Source of the DNA: Myxococcota bacterium
GTDB taxonomy: Bacteria > Myxococcota_A > SURF-8
Reading direction: 5' to 3'
Length of the DNA stretch: 64,000 bases
NCBI GenBank assembly: GCA_965140415.1
Contig: OZ223209.1
Location: forward strand, 1,440,001-1,504,000
This document shows positions 40,615 to 50,592 of this stretch, piece after piece (positions within the stretch are counted from its first letter, which is position 1; the number at the start of each line of letters is the position of its first letter). The position numbers were made by a program, and so were the translations under genes. Below the pieces are notes generated by a model. It made no database searches, was not told the DNA's origin, and saw only the letters and a list, made by a program, of their open reading frames with translations.

Positions 40615-42219
40615 TTAGTTTTTTTGCCGTGATTTCAAAAGCTTGAGTTCGCGCGTGGCTTCTAGATGTGTCGGGTTGAGTTTGAGCACCAACTCGAACC
40701 CCTTGATGGCTTCCTGGTCTTTTCCCATCAAGCGCAGTATGTACGCGCGACCGAAATGAGCGAGTTCCAGTTTGGGGTCGAGCCGCAGAGCCTGCTTGAT
40801 CTTGTCGAAGGCTATCTCGCGATCCGCATCGGTATTCTTGGATATGTTGAATTCCGCCCAGGCCATGATCGTGAGCACCGTAGGATCATGCGGATAGATG
40901 GCATGGGCGCGTTGCGCGGCTTCCAATGCCTGTTTGTAATCCCTTTTCTTGAAGAGGATTTTCACCTTCTCGATATCCAGGGCCGCTCTTTTGCGTTGTT
41001 CGGCCCTGTGCATGTTTCCCTTCAGAGCCGGATCTTTATAAGCCTTCAAGAATTCTTCGCGGCTTTTAGGATTACTCAATGTCTGATAGGCATTGCCCAA
41101 GGCAGAGAATACCTTTTCGCAGCCAGCAACCAGGTCAGGATTCTCGATTCCCGACAAACGATCCGGGTGAAAACGGCGAACCTGTGACGAGTAGGCGGCT
41201 TTGACTTCCTCACGGCTTGCTTCTGGCTCTACGCCAAGGATGGTGGCTGGGTTATGGCTTTTAATGGCCTGTAATTTGGCATCGATCTCTTTCTGGAGTT
41301 TTAGAATTTGCGGGTCCAAAGTAGGAGCCGCTTTCGCTTTCACCTGCGGTTGCGCTTGCGGTTTGGGTGCAGGGTTCGGTTGCTTGTTTCCATTTGAAGC
41401 AGGCGTGGTCTGAGAGCGCTTCACTTCGGAATCCGTATTGACCGGCTTGGCTCTGAGATGGACGGAATTTCCCGCTTTGCCATTTTCGGCACCGTCACGT
41501 CGTTCCGGTTTGGAACGTAGCTCCAATACTTGAGTCAGCTTCAATAATGCCACCACTGCCATGGCTTCTCTTGGATTCAGACCGCTGATCATGTTGAAGT
41601 CCTGATAGGTTCGAGGAACCGACCAGTTTCTTAAAGCTTGTACGATATTCGGCGGTAGTTGAAGGTTCGGCAGCAAAAAACTCAGGCTGGAATTCGGGAT
41701 CAATAACTTATCGCTGAATTGAGATTGTAATTGCGTTACTTGCTCAGGAGTGCTGAAAAAGCGGAATGCAATGAACAAGACCTGAAACAGGTTAACCGGC
41801 GTCAACTGATCAGGAGCGAAAGGAAGATCCGTTTTCTCGGTAGTCGTTGAGGCTTGCTTCAAGCAGAGCATCGCCAGATTTCGCCCCAGAACTTCCATGC
41901 GTGCATTGCGTAACTGATGGGAAGTGATCAGGTTCTTTTTCCTGAGAAAATCGAGTGTATCTGCGGGAGGAGTGTCTGCGGAAGATATCGCTGCACGGAT
42001 TTTCTCTTGTGTGCAGTAGCCCGCTTCGATGATGATGTCCTCCGGGGATGCCCCTAAGGCATTCGATTCGATATAGACAGGAATCCCCTCCTGGAGCCAA
42101 ATATTGGAAACCCCAGTGCTATCGGTTATTTCCATTCTTCCCGAATGGCGTTCAAGATAAAGGCGGTACAATTGGACCGCAACCGGATAATCTGATAACA
42201 GGTCGCCCACGTAAACCAA
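40615..42219 (-). CDS. DUF4388-like / J-domain / TPR protein
   Basis: N-terminal SG.M.I...I.L.EG, Pro-rich linker, J-domain with HPD (FHPDR...AY..LS), C-terminal TPRs. Confidence 0.8.
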   Translation of the reverse strand: MVYVGDLLSDYPVAVQLYRLYLERHSGRMEITDSTGVSNIWLQEGIPVYIESNALGASPEDIIIEAGYCTQEKIRAAISSADTPPADTLDFLRKKNLITSHQLRNARMEVLGRNLAMLCLKQASTTTEKTDLPFAPDQLTPVNLFQVLFIAFRFFSTPEQVTQLQSQFSDKLLIPNSSLSFLLPNLQLPPNIVQALRNWSVPRTYQDFNMISGLNPREAMAVVALLKLTQVLELRSKPERRDGAENGKAGNSVHLRAKPVNTDSEVKRSQTTPASNGNKQPNPAPKPQAQPQVKAKAAPTLDPQILKLQKEIDAKLQAIKSHNPATILGVEPEASREEVKAAYSSQVRRFHPDRLSGIENPDLVAGCEKVFSALGNAYQTLSNPKSREEFLKAYKDPALKGNMHRAEQRKRAALDIEKVKILFKKRDYKQALEAAQRAHAIYPHDPTVLTIMAWAEFNISKNTDADREIAFDKIKQALRLDPKLELAHFGRAYILRLMGKDQEAIKGFELVLKLNPTHLEATRELKLLKSRQKN

Positions 42220-42695
42220 CTCTTGCTCGATATGTTAATACTCCCTACCCCGACTCATTGGAATCAGGGCAATCCCTCTCCCGTTTTGGGGTTCCTATTG
42301 TAAGTTTCTTGTTATGAAAGTCAAGCGCCTGAAACAGTAAGTTTTGGATGCTCTGGCTTTTTTTGTGCAAAACCATAAGAAAGTCCGGTTCTAAGCGTGT
42401 TGTATACAAAGTATGAAGAATGGATCGAGTGCTTATAAGTGATTGAATCTCCATATTAAAAGCGGGATAGTATGTTTTATGCTTGACTGACTGAATGTCA
42501 AAATGTAAAATCAATTTCGTACAAAAAGAAAACAGAAATTATAATTACTTGAAAAGACAGTGAAATAAATGGGTGTCACGAAAATGAAATATATGTCAGT
42601 TTCGTGCGCTATTGTTTGGTGTGGTTTTTTGGGTTTGGGTTCTACGGTTTATTTTTCACCAGCAGTTTGAGTATTCAGTAAAGGGAGGTGGAAGG

Positions 42696-43313
42696 ATGTT
42701 GACCAAAGACTATATTTTAAAGCAAGCGGCGGAGGTGGTTTTCAGCCAGGGTTACTTCAAAACACGGTTATCCGATGTGGCGCAAAAGATCGGGGTTACT
42801 CGACCGAACCTTTATTATCATTTCAAAAACAAAGAAGATCTGATGATCCAGCTTCTCGATTGGGTCGAAGATACGCACGGCAGCAAACTGATCGAACCGC
42901 TGAAAGCCAGTGAAGATCCGATCATTGCCGTTTTGCAATATCTTGATGTGATGACGGGTAATTGCGAGAAGCGAAGTCGCAATCGTTGCGGTGTGGTGCT
43001 TTCTTCGCTTGTCAGCGAACTTGGCAACCAGGGTTTGCTGTTTCAACGCAGGGTGCAGCGTCATTTTGAATCCATGATCGAACGGATTCGCGAACGACTG
43101 GAAGAAGGGGTGGAAGACGGCTATTTCAAGCAGGAAATGGACGCCGCCCAGGTTGCGCGCTGGATCCAAGTGCATCTGCAAGGCTACGTGATGCTCATGC
43201 ATTCGCACATGGAGTTGAGCTACAAAAAGGATTGTCGTGACTTCATCCAGGGATACCTGGAATACATGCGAAATCCTATGCGCCCAACCACCACGACAGT
43301 TGCAAACGTGTAG
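42696..43313 (+). CDS. TetR/AcrR family transcriptional regulator
   Basis: IL..A..VF...GY..T...VA..IGV....YYHFKNKEDL; GGAGG RBS. Confidence 0.92.
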   Translation: MLTKDYILKQAAEVVFSQGYFKTRLSDVAQKIGVTRPNLYYHFKNKEDLMIQLLDWVEDTHGSKLIEPLKASEDPIIAVLQYLDVMTGNCEKRSRNRCGVVLSSLVSELGNQGLLFQRRVQRHFESMIERIRERLEEGVEDGYFKQEMDAAQVARWIQVHLQGYVMLMHSHMELSYKKDCRDFIQGYLEYMRNPMRPTTTTVANV

Positions 43314-43325
43314 AACGAGTACGGG

Positions 43326-46253
43326 CTATTTACCTAGCCGTTTAAGGCGCTTAACCGTTTGATTGGCAAGTCCGCGAGTCCAACGGTTGTCATACGTTGA
43401 TGCCACTTTTTTCAATAATGGCAAGGCCCGCTTGTCATTTAATTTTGCAAATCCGTAAATGGCGGGGACGATCATCATGCGATCGTTAAGCGCTTCTTTG
43501 CATAGCTCAAAAGCTTCTGGGGCGCGTGTTCGGGCAAGGGCCACCAGCAGTCCGCGTTTCACCAAAGGATGAGTTTCTGTTTTGTAGTGCTGGAGCAAAA
43601 TTGTAGCGCTGGATGAGTAGAAGCCCAGTGATTCAGCAGCCGTATAACGAATCTTGTAATCCGGATCGTTCAGTAGCTGTTGTAACGGCTGTGCAATAGA
43701 TTTCCCACCGATGCCATGAAGAGCTTTGATAGCCGCAACTCGAAGCGCGTTTGGCTGTCCCGGCTTTATCAAATCCAAATAAGTAGCCAATGCTTTTTCA
43801 CTCGATTTTTTTACAATGGCTTTCGCTGCAAGTTGACGCAGTGCGGGATCTTCTTTCGAATCATTGAGCATCTTCAGGAACAAACTGTCATGCCGTGTGG
43901 ATTTCTGCCTGTATAATGCATAGGCCGTTTCGTAGCGCTCTCGTCCATGAGATTGCGTGAAGCGCTGCAAAAGAGCATCTCTTCCCTGTTTGCCGGAATA
44001 CTTGTTCAACAGTTTCGCCAAGGCAATGCGCACCTCGGAAGAGCTTTCCGCTTTGAAAAGGGCAACCAGCTCCTTCATATGTTTTTTTCTCAGAGCACTG
44101 GGATGAAGTCTCACTAACCCGGCGGCTACACGGCGGGCACGAACGGAAGGCGCATGTTTCAGAAGTGCCAGGCATTGACTGAAGCTGGTTTCGTCCAATT
44201 CGCCGAGCATCTGCTTCCAGGCCCAAGGGTAAACCTGATACAGCTCAAGCATCAACCGCTTGGCCACCGGCGATTCGGGATAGAAGATGTCTCGCATCTC
44301 ATTGGGATCGCTTTGAAGATCGAAAAGTTGCAGGGTTTTCGCAGAGTAGATCAGCTTGTAGCGGCCATCCAGCACCGCGCGGGCTTTTTTGCCGTCGGAA
44401 CGAGTGAAATAAACGCGATCCGCCTGGTCCTCTTCGCCCATCATCAACGGAATCAGGCTGCGCCCCAGAAAATGTGTGCGGTCGGGCAAGTCGAAAAGTT
44501 CCGCTGCGGTCGGCAATAAATCGAGATTACCAACATGTGCATCCGTTTCGCCACCGGACATACCGGGAATGTACAGCATCATCGGAACGCGCACCTGCTC
44601 CCAGTAACAGGATGTCGAATGTCCTTTGCGGCCATGTTCCATAAACGCTTCGCCGTGATCGGCAGTGACGGCGATGATGGTGTTTTCCAACAATCCCTGT
44701 TGGGTCATCTGTTCAATCATGCGTCCGAAAACTTCATCGGTGTATAAGGTGGCTTTGTCGTAGTCCGACAGCTTTTCGAATCCCGGGTAATCATTCGTGT
44801 AGCCGGGTGGATAGTAGTATTCTTCGTGTAGTTGATAGAAATGGATGTAGGCGAAGAAGGGATCTTTCGTTTCCTGCTCGAGAAGCTCTTTGGTGCTTGC
44901 TTCGAAATCGACACGGGTTTTCTTTTCCGTGTATTCCACCCGCCCGAAGCCTTCGTTGATGAATGTGACATGTTTCAGGTTAATCAGGTGAAAATACTGC
45001 GGCAGTGCACCGAATGTGTGATAACCGATCTGGTCGAACTGGTCGATATAAGTCGGGAAACGCATTTCGTTTCCGGTCAGAACCACTTGGCTGGAGAACA
45101 GGCTGGGAATGGAAAAAGCCGTATTGGACGCCTGGCTGGTTGTGTTTCGAAAACGGAAACTGCGCCGGGCGAACTCGTCTAGATGCGGAGTCAGGCTGGG
45201 TTCATGTTTACGCAGATTGAACGCGGCGATTTGATCGGCTCGCAACGCATCGACGATAACGAGCATGAAGTTCAATGGAACGGTCGGCAGCGTGCTTTTA
45301 AATTCCTTCAATTTCGCTTCGGGAGTCGGCACGTATGGAACCGGGATGGAATCCTCTGCCGGTAATTCCGCCAGATAATTGAAGAAATCGGAGGCGGTTT
45401 TATCCGGCCAGAGCGACAATAACTGTTCCGTCGAATAACGACTGACACTGCCCCAGCTTACGAATCGCGAGAGCGCCGGGGAAACCGGACGTCGGGTAGT
45501 AGGAATCAGAATTAACAGGGCAACCGGCAACGCTATCGCCCATAAAACAAAACTGGAGCGGAGCAGGCGCGGTAGTGTTTGCGGAAGCAAAGCAAGCAGG
45601 GCAATCTGTAGGGCGAGCAGAGCCAGTGCCTGCTGTAGCCAATGCATGGGATGATACAGACCCGGTAGAATCATCCGATCGGAGATCAGTAGCAATAACG
45701 CGGCGATAAAAGCGAGTAGACCCGTACCAAGCACGACCGGGCGGGATCTTGCCAGTAGCCAACGCGAAATGACAAGTAGAATCCAAAAGCCGATCGGCAA
45801 CAGAACGGCTGCCAGATAAGGTGCATACTCTGCCAGCGCCATGGTGCGAGCGGCAGGGCCGGAGAAGAGTTGTTTGCCCAGTGGAAATCCCAAGACAGCC
45901 AGGGGACTGCAAAGCAGCAGTAAGCTTAACGCGGGACGCTTGGTCAAACGCAACAAACCGCCAAAGAGGGCGGCAAATAGCATTTCAATCGGTAAAAGCA
46001 GGCAGAAGACCAGTGCGGCCAGCCCTAGTTCGGCGGCGAGTAGGATGCCGATCAGTTGCACATCCTGTCCGCCGGGAAGTAGAAAAGCAATTAATGTAAA
46101 ATCGACGATAAACATCACGAGAACACTGAACAGAATCGCCGCACCGAAATTCTGCCTGAACGACGCTTCTGAATATCCTCGATTATTCGGCGGTTTTCTA
46201 ATCCAATCGGTCATGGTTTCCATTCCCGTATCGCGGTTACTGTCGTTGGACAA
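43326..46253 (-). CDS. Membrane-anchored sulfatase-like (alkaline phosphatase superfamily) enzyme with C-terminal HEAT repeats
   Basis: Multiple N-terminal TM helices, VDALRAD, ADHGEAF.EHG, DLLPT, then HEAT repeats; start uncertain (46253 or 46223). Confidence 0.8.
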   Translation of the reverse strand: MSNDSNRDTGMETMTDWIRKPPNNRGYSEASFRQNFGAAILFSVLVMFIVDFTLIAFLLPGGQDVQLIGILLAAELGLAALVFCLLLPIEMLFAALFGGLLRLTKRPALSLLLLCSPLAVLGFPLGKQLFSGPAARTMALAEYAPYLAAVLLPIGFWILLVISRWLLARSRPVVLGTGLLAFIAALLLLISDRMILPGLYHPMHWLQQALALLALQIALLALLPQTLPRLLRSSFVLWAIALPVALLILIPTTRRPVSPALSRFVSWGSVSRYSTEQLLSLWPDKTASDFFNYLAELPAEDSIPVPYVPTPEAKLKEFKSTLPTVPLNFMLVIVDALRADQIAAFNLRKHEPSLTPHLDEFARRSFRFRNTTSQASNTAFSIPSLFSSQVVLTGNEMRFPTYIDQFDQIGYHTFGALPQYFHLINLKHVTFINEGFGRVEYTEKKTRVDFEASTKELLEQETKDPFFAYIHFYQLHEEYYYPPGYTNDYPGFEKLSDYDKATLYTDEVFGRMIEQMTQQGLLENTIIAVTADHGEAFMEHGRKGHSTSCYWEQVRVPMMLYIPGMSGGETDAHVGNLDLLPTAAELFDLPDRTHFLGRSLIPLMMGEEDQADRVYFTRSDGKKARAVLDGRYKLIYSAKTLQLFDLQSDPNEMRDIFYPESPVAKRLMLELYQVYPWAWKQMLGELDETSFSQCLALLKHAPSVRARRVAAGLVRLHPSALRKKHMKELVALFKAESSSEVRIALAKLLNKYSGKQGRDALLQRFTQSHGRERYETAYALYRQKSTRHDSLFLKMLNDSKEDPALRQLAAKAIVKKSSEKALATYLDLIKPGQPNALRVAAIKALHGIGGKSIAQPLQQLLNDPDYKIRYTAAESLGFYSSSATILLQHYKTETHPLVKRGLLVALARTRAPEAFELCKEALNDRMMIVPAIYGFAKLNDKRALPLLKKVASTYDNRWTRGLANQTVKRLKRLGK

Positions 46254-46469
46254 CGACGAAAAGAAATAGGGCTGGTCTATCCCGTGAGATTTGCGAGCAT
46301 ACCGCTTCTACAGGAGGATTGCAACTTTTTCATGGGAGCCCTTGCAGATCGTTTGGGCTGTGCGAGGGCGCGCTTGATAGATCAGAGAAGCCAAACTTCT
46401 TGTATATTTTCGGAAAGAATGGTAGATTCTAGATAGTTACGGTACATCTCAAAGCTGGTGGAGGGAAGC

Positions 46470-47033
46470 ATGCAGATCTTTATCACGAATCGTTTCATGA
46501 TACATACGGAGCAATTTGTTCGCGATAAGTTCGGCGCAGAAAGCTGGGAAAACGTGCTAAGCGCCATGCCTCACGAAACCAGTATTCTCTATCGAACGAC
46601 GCTGAATCCCAAAGGAGCCACGGAATTCGATCACATCCAGCAGGTCTTGGAAGCGGTCGAAAAGGTGCTGGTCGAGACATCGCCGACTGTGCTCTATGAT
46701 CTGGGTCTGTGGAATAGTGAGCACGATCTGACCAGCACCCAACGGTTGCTGATGAAGCTCATCAGTGTTTCCTGGGTGTTGAAAACCGCTGCGGTTTTGT
46801 GGAAGCAGCGGGTAAAAAACGGGGGGACGATCCATATTTCTACGTTGGGTAAGGGGCATGTCAAAGCCGAGGTACGCAATTTCAGCAAGCCTTCGTCCCA
46901 ATGGTGGTCTTACTTGGCAGGCTGGTTTGCCTGTGCCATTACCTTTAGCGGTGGGGATAAAGCTTCCGTACGCTGGACCGGAGGCGGCGAACGTTCCAGT
47001 AAACCTGCCCTTTTCGATGCTCGCTGGTTTTAG
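46470..47033 (+). CDS. Hypothetical protein, H-NOX/V4R-like (TIGR02265/DUF2378-like)
   Basis: FV...FG...W..VL N-terminus, GW...I..SG and terminal ..RW pattern. Confidence 0.6.
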   Translation: MQIFITNRFMIHTEQFVRDKFGAESWENVLSAMPHETSILYRTTLNPKGATEFDHIQQVLEAVEKVLVETSPTVLYDLGLWNSEHDLTSTQRLLMKLISVSWVLKTAAVLWKQRVKNGGTIHISTLGKGHVKAEVRNFSKPSSQWWSYLAGWFACAITFSGGDKASVRWTGGGERSSKPALFDARWF

Positions 47034-47106
47034 AAAGCCACATTCTCCCGGTTTTTACTCCTGGTAAAATAGAGGCGATTTTCTATATTCATTAGACTCC
47101 TTTACT

Positions 47107-47136
47107 TGACCACTGCCAAGTTGCCGTGGTACAATC
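47107..47136 (+). promoter_or_regulatory. Sigma70 promoter with extended -10
   Basis: TTGACC-18 nt-TACAAT with TGG immediately before the -10. Confidence 0.6.
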
Positions 47137-47305
47137 TCGATAGTGATTTCGGGGATCTCGCCCGATAGCCGGTGATGCCACGCCGGTGTTTAATTCGATG
47201 AGAACCCTGGATGTTTCCAGTATTGACGGTTCCTTGCCGGGAATTGGTCCATCATGATAAAGCCTACGGCTTACCGCCGTTATTGTTGTGGATGATTGAA
47301 TTACC

Positions 47306-48547
47306 GTGTTACAGCACTTATGGGTTGATTTCGTGCGTTTAGCAAAAAAGAAACTGGCTGGAGTGACCAACCTGGCCGAGGGGGCATCCGGACGTAAAAG
47401 TCAAAGTGTCGTGTCACGGATACAGAAGCTGTATCGTGTGATCAATCCTGCCCCACCTCCCTTTTTCTATCCCGAACAACAGCATGACTATCTTTTCAAA
47501 AAGATCGCCAAGCGTTCCGTTCAAGTCATTACCGAAGACGACATCACGCTGACGATTACCCACAAGTATCCACGCGAACGGACGCAAAACCTGTATCCCG
47601 TGCTCTGTCTGCCGGGATTGGCGGAAACGCGCTTCGTGCTGGATCAGGCGTTGGGAAACAGTTTCGTCGATTACCTGGCGTTGAACGGTTTCGACGTGTA
47701 CATGGCCGAGATGCGCGGGCATGGTAAAAGCCTGCATTTAAAAGAACGCTACAATTGGAACGTTCAGACTTTCCTCGATTTCGACGTTCCGGCCATCGTG
47801 AATAAAGTGTTGGAAGATTCGGGCAAGGAAAAGATGCTGTGGGTCGGGCATTCGATGGGTGGCATGCTGCTGCTGGCCTACTTGATTTCCGCCGGATTGA
47901 ACAAGGACAAGAATATCTACGATGCCTCCGTTATTCGCGGCGGTATTACGATCGGCTCGCCGGTAACCTTCAATCTGCCAAGCTTGATAATGCTGGCGAT
48001 GGCCTACAAAGGTACGCCGCTGTCACGCCTGCCGTATATTCCAACAGACTTTCTGTCCAGCCTGCTTTCCGTATTGGGTTTTGCACTGGAATCGCCGCTG
48101 ACCACGCATTTCTGGAACTACAGAAATATGGAATTGAACAATAAAATTCTGTATTTGAAAGATGGTCTGGACAATATCGCCCAAGGCGTGATGCGCGACT
48201 TCATGGAATATGCCATGGTAGGGGACTTCTGCTCCAGCGACGGCAAACTGAACTATCGCGAAAACCTGTACCTGATCCATTCGCCGCTGTTGAACATCGG
48301 CGGAATGCGCGACCCATTGGCAGGACCGGAGGGGCAGGAAATCATTTACGACAATATTTCCAGCAAAGACAAAGAATTGCGCATCTTCGGCACTCACGGA
48401 TACATCCGGCGCGATGGCGAACGCTTGAAAATGAAAGATCACACCGATTATGGGCACGTCGATTTGACCTTGGGTAAATATTCCAAGGACGAAGTCTGGC
48501 CTTACATGCTCAATTGGCTGCGCAAACGTGGCAAAGTAGAAGACTGA
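47306..48547 (+). CDS. Alpha/beta hydrolase (lipase/PhaC-like fold)
   Basis: GFDVY..EMRGHGKS, WVGHSMGG, DPLA, YGHVDL; start uncertain. Confidence 0.85.
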   Translation: MLQHLWVDFVRLAKKKLAGVTNLAEGASGRKSQSVVSRIQKLYRVINPAPPPFFYPEQQHDYLFKKIAKRSVQVITEDDITLTITHKYPRERTQNLYPVLCLPGLAETRFVLDQALGNSFVDYLALNGFDVYMAEMRGHGKSLHLKERYNWNVQTFLDFDVPAIVNKVLEDSGKEKMLWVGHSMGGMLLLAYLISAGLNKDKNIYDASVIRGGITIGSPVTFNLPSLIMLAMAYKGTPLSRLPYIPTDFLSSLLSVLGFALESPLTTHFWNYRNMELNNKILYLKDGLDNIAQGVMRDFMEYAMVGDFCSSDGKLNYRENLYLIHSPLLNIGGMRDPLAGPEGQEIIYDNISSKDKELRIFGTHGYIRRDGERLKMKDHTDYGHVDLTLGKYSKDEVWPYMLNWLRKRGKVED

Positions 48548-48620
48548 GCATCCTTCCTTGACCCAGTTTCTGATCATATTCAGTCATGGATTCTATGAAT
48601 TTGTGTCATAGTCTTACACG

Positions 48621-48656
48621 TGTACAGACCGGGGACATAGGTAACAGGTGTTCGGT
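48621..48656. mobile_element. Orphan IS481-like terminal sequence
   Basis: TGTACAGACCGGGGACATAGGTAACAGGTGTTCGG resembles the TGT-initiated ends of IS481-family elements; no transposase nearby. Confidence 0.5.
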
Positions 48657-48759
48657 GGGTGGCATGGGCGAACCGCAGGTTGCCCATGAGCCGAAACAGG
48701 AACACGGGCAAGCTCCATTTTATTCCGCTTGACCACGTGCCACCCTTTGCTATGGCCAC
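48657..48759. repeat. Inverted doublet of GGGTGGC REP-like palindromes (REPIN-like)
   Basis: GGGTGGCATGGGC...GCCCATG (48657-48688) facing CACGGGCAAGC...GCTTG...GTGCCACCC (48703-48745). Confidence 0.75.
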
Positions 48760-48768
48760 CCATCCGGT

Positions 48769-49218
48769 TTAGCCGGGCACCTCTACTTTATGGATCATTT
48801 TGATTTGGTACGATTCGTAGCCGAGAGACTCGAATAGTGCTTTTGGACCGTCATCTTCCAGGGGAACATCCACCACGATCCAGTCTATTTCCCGGTTTTT
48901 AAACCAGAAGTTCGCGAGATCGATCATTTTCGTGGCCACTTTCTCACGCCGGTATTCTTCCTTCACATATAGCGTACGGATGCTGCCTCGGTCAATGCCG
49001 CCGGTAAGAGAGTTGTACTGCACGATGGAAGCTTCCAGCACGCCCACCGCCTCCGTACCGGCCTTGGCCATAAGCAGTAAATGCTTTTCCGAATCGATGC
49101 GCGGTTCAAGGAGTTTGAACGCCCGGACATCGTTGATTTCCGCAAATTGCCCCAGCAATTCGACGACGGCGCGGATATCTTTGGAACCGACCTTATGGAT
49201 ACCGATGTTGTTTGTCAC
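48769..49218 (-). CDS. GNAT family N-acetyltransferase
   Basis: LYV.EEYRR..VA..M, LFESLGY. Confidence 0.88.
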   Translation of the reverse strand: MTNNIGIHKVGSKDIRAVVELLGQFAEINDVRAFKLLEPRIDSEKHLLLMAKAGTEAVGVLEASIVQYNSLTGGIDRGSIRTLYVKEEYRREKVATKMIDLANFWFKNREIDWIVVDVPLEDDGPKALFESLGYESYQIKMIHKVEVPG

Positions 49219-49232
49219 AGTACTCTCTCCTT

Positions 49233-50444
49233 TTATGCTTTGGCTTCTTCCGGGAAAAAGCCCCGATGCAGCTGTCTAACTCCGCGCTGCACGTCGTTAC
49301 AGGCCACGTTAAACGTGATCCGATCTCGTAGAACACGCATTCCGAATACCGTCAGGGATGCTTCTTCCAGTGTCGCCAGGGCCTTGGCCACGATCTGAAA
49401 CGATTCCCCGATTCGTGCGCCGATCAAACTGACACTGCCCGTGTCGCTATCGAACTGCGCGGTATGTTCGCTGATTCGGTCGCCAATAGCGCGCACCGCT
49501 TCCCAATCGGGAACACGATCCGGATGCAGAACGATCGTGCATCCGCCTGCCTCTGAAGAATCCCAGTCTATTTCTTCTGCGCTTACACGTTGCTCGGCCA
49601 GCGCCATTAACAAGGAGTGATGCCGCTGGCTGCTTAGGCCGGGGAGATGAATGCGGTGCAACTTCTTGTGACTGGTTACGGCTCGAACCCGCCGGGTCGC
49701 TCCGTTGTCAATTGTTTTAAGCAGCAGCGTACCTTTGCCTTCTTGGAAGGTGGCGCTTAAATATACTGCCATGCCTTGGGTGCGCGCAAATTCGATGGCA
49801 TCCGGGTTTAACACTCCCGCACCGGCAACGCCCATGGCTTCCATCTCATCGTAGCTCAATTCCGGGATTTTGCGAGCATCGTGGACCAGACGCGGATCGC
49901 TGGTATACACGCCATCCACATCGCTACAGATTTCGCAGTATTCCGCCTTCAATGCCGCTGCAATGGCCACGGCGGAAGTGTCACTGCCGCCACGACCCAA
50001 GGTCGTGACTTCGCGTTTGTAACTCATTCCCTGATATCCGGCGACAATTACGATGCGGTCCCGTTCCAGTTCATCCAGAATGCGCACCGGGCGCACATCG
50101 ATGATACGGGCGTTGGCGTGGCTGTCGCTGGTAATGATGCCACACTGTGAGCCGGTGAAGCTGATGGCGTCCAAGCCCTGATCCTGTATGGCCATCGTCA
50201 ATAATGACATGGCGATGCGCTCTCCCGCCGAGAGCAGCATGTCCAGCTCCCGCTTTTTAGGGGCAAGCGTAACTTTGCGGGCTTTCTCCAGCAGGCTGTC
50301 GGTGGAATCGCCCATGGCGGAAACCACGGCTACGACCTGATACCCACGCTTTTTCGTGGCGATGATGCGATTGGCGACACCACGCAGGCGCTCGACATCC
50401 GCCAACGAAGATCCCCCATATTTTTGTACGACAATCGGTTTCAT
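49233..50444 (-). CDS. lysC: Aspartate kinase
   Basis: [40 protein letters not shown]-like C-terminus. Confidence 0.95.
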   Translation of the reverse strand: MKPIVVQKYGGSSLADVERLRGVANRIIATKKRGYQVVAVVSAMGDSTDSLLEKARKVTLAPKKRELDMLLSAGERIAMSLLTMAIQDQGLDAISFTGSQCGIITSDSHANARIIDVRPVRILDELERDRIVIVAGYQGMSYKREVTTLGRGGSDTSAVAIAAALKAEYCEICSDVDGVYTSDPRLVHDARKIPELSYDEMEAMGVAGAGVLNPDAIEFARTQGMAVYLSATFQEGKGTLLLKTIDNGATRRVRAVTSHKKLHRIHLPGLSSQRHHSLLMALAEQRVSAEEIDWDSSEAGGCTIVLHPDRVPDWEAVRAIGDRISEHTAQFDSDTGSVSLIGARIGESFQIVAKALATLEEASLTVFGMRVLRDRITFNVACNDVQRGVRQLHRGFFPEEAKA

Positions 50445-50532
50445 GTCCGTATATCCATAAAAAAAAGCTCGCAACGTTGTAACGTTGCCACGGAAAAAAG
50501 TCAACGTGGAAAGAATACTCCATCATACCATC

Positions 50533-50564
50533 AAAAAACCGGGCGCACCTTATGGCGCGCCCGG
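50533..50564 (-). terminator. Intrinsic terminator after rpoD
   Basis: CCGGGCGC stem followed by TTTTTT on the minus strand. Confidence 0.8.
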
Positions 50565-50592
50565 CAATATCGCACCAGCTCGGTGGATAATC

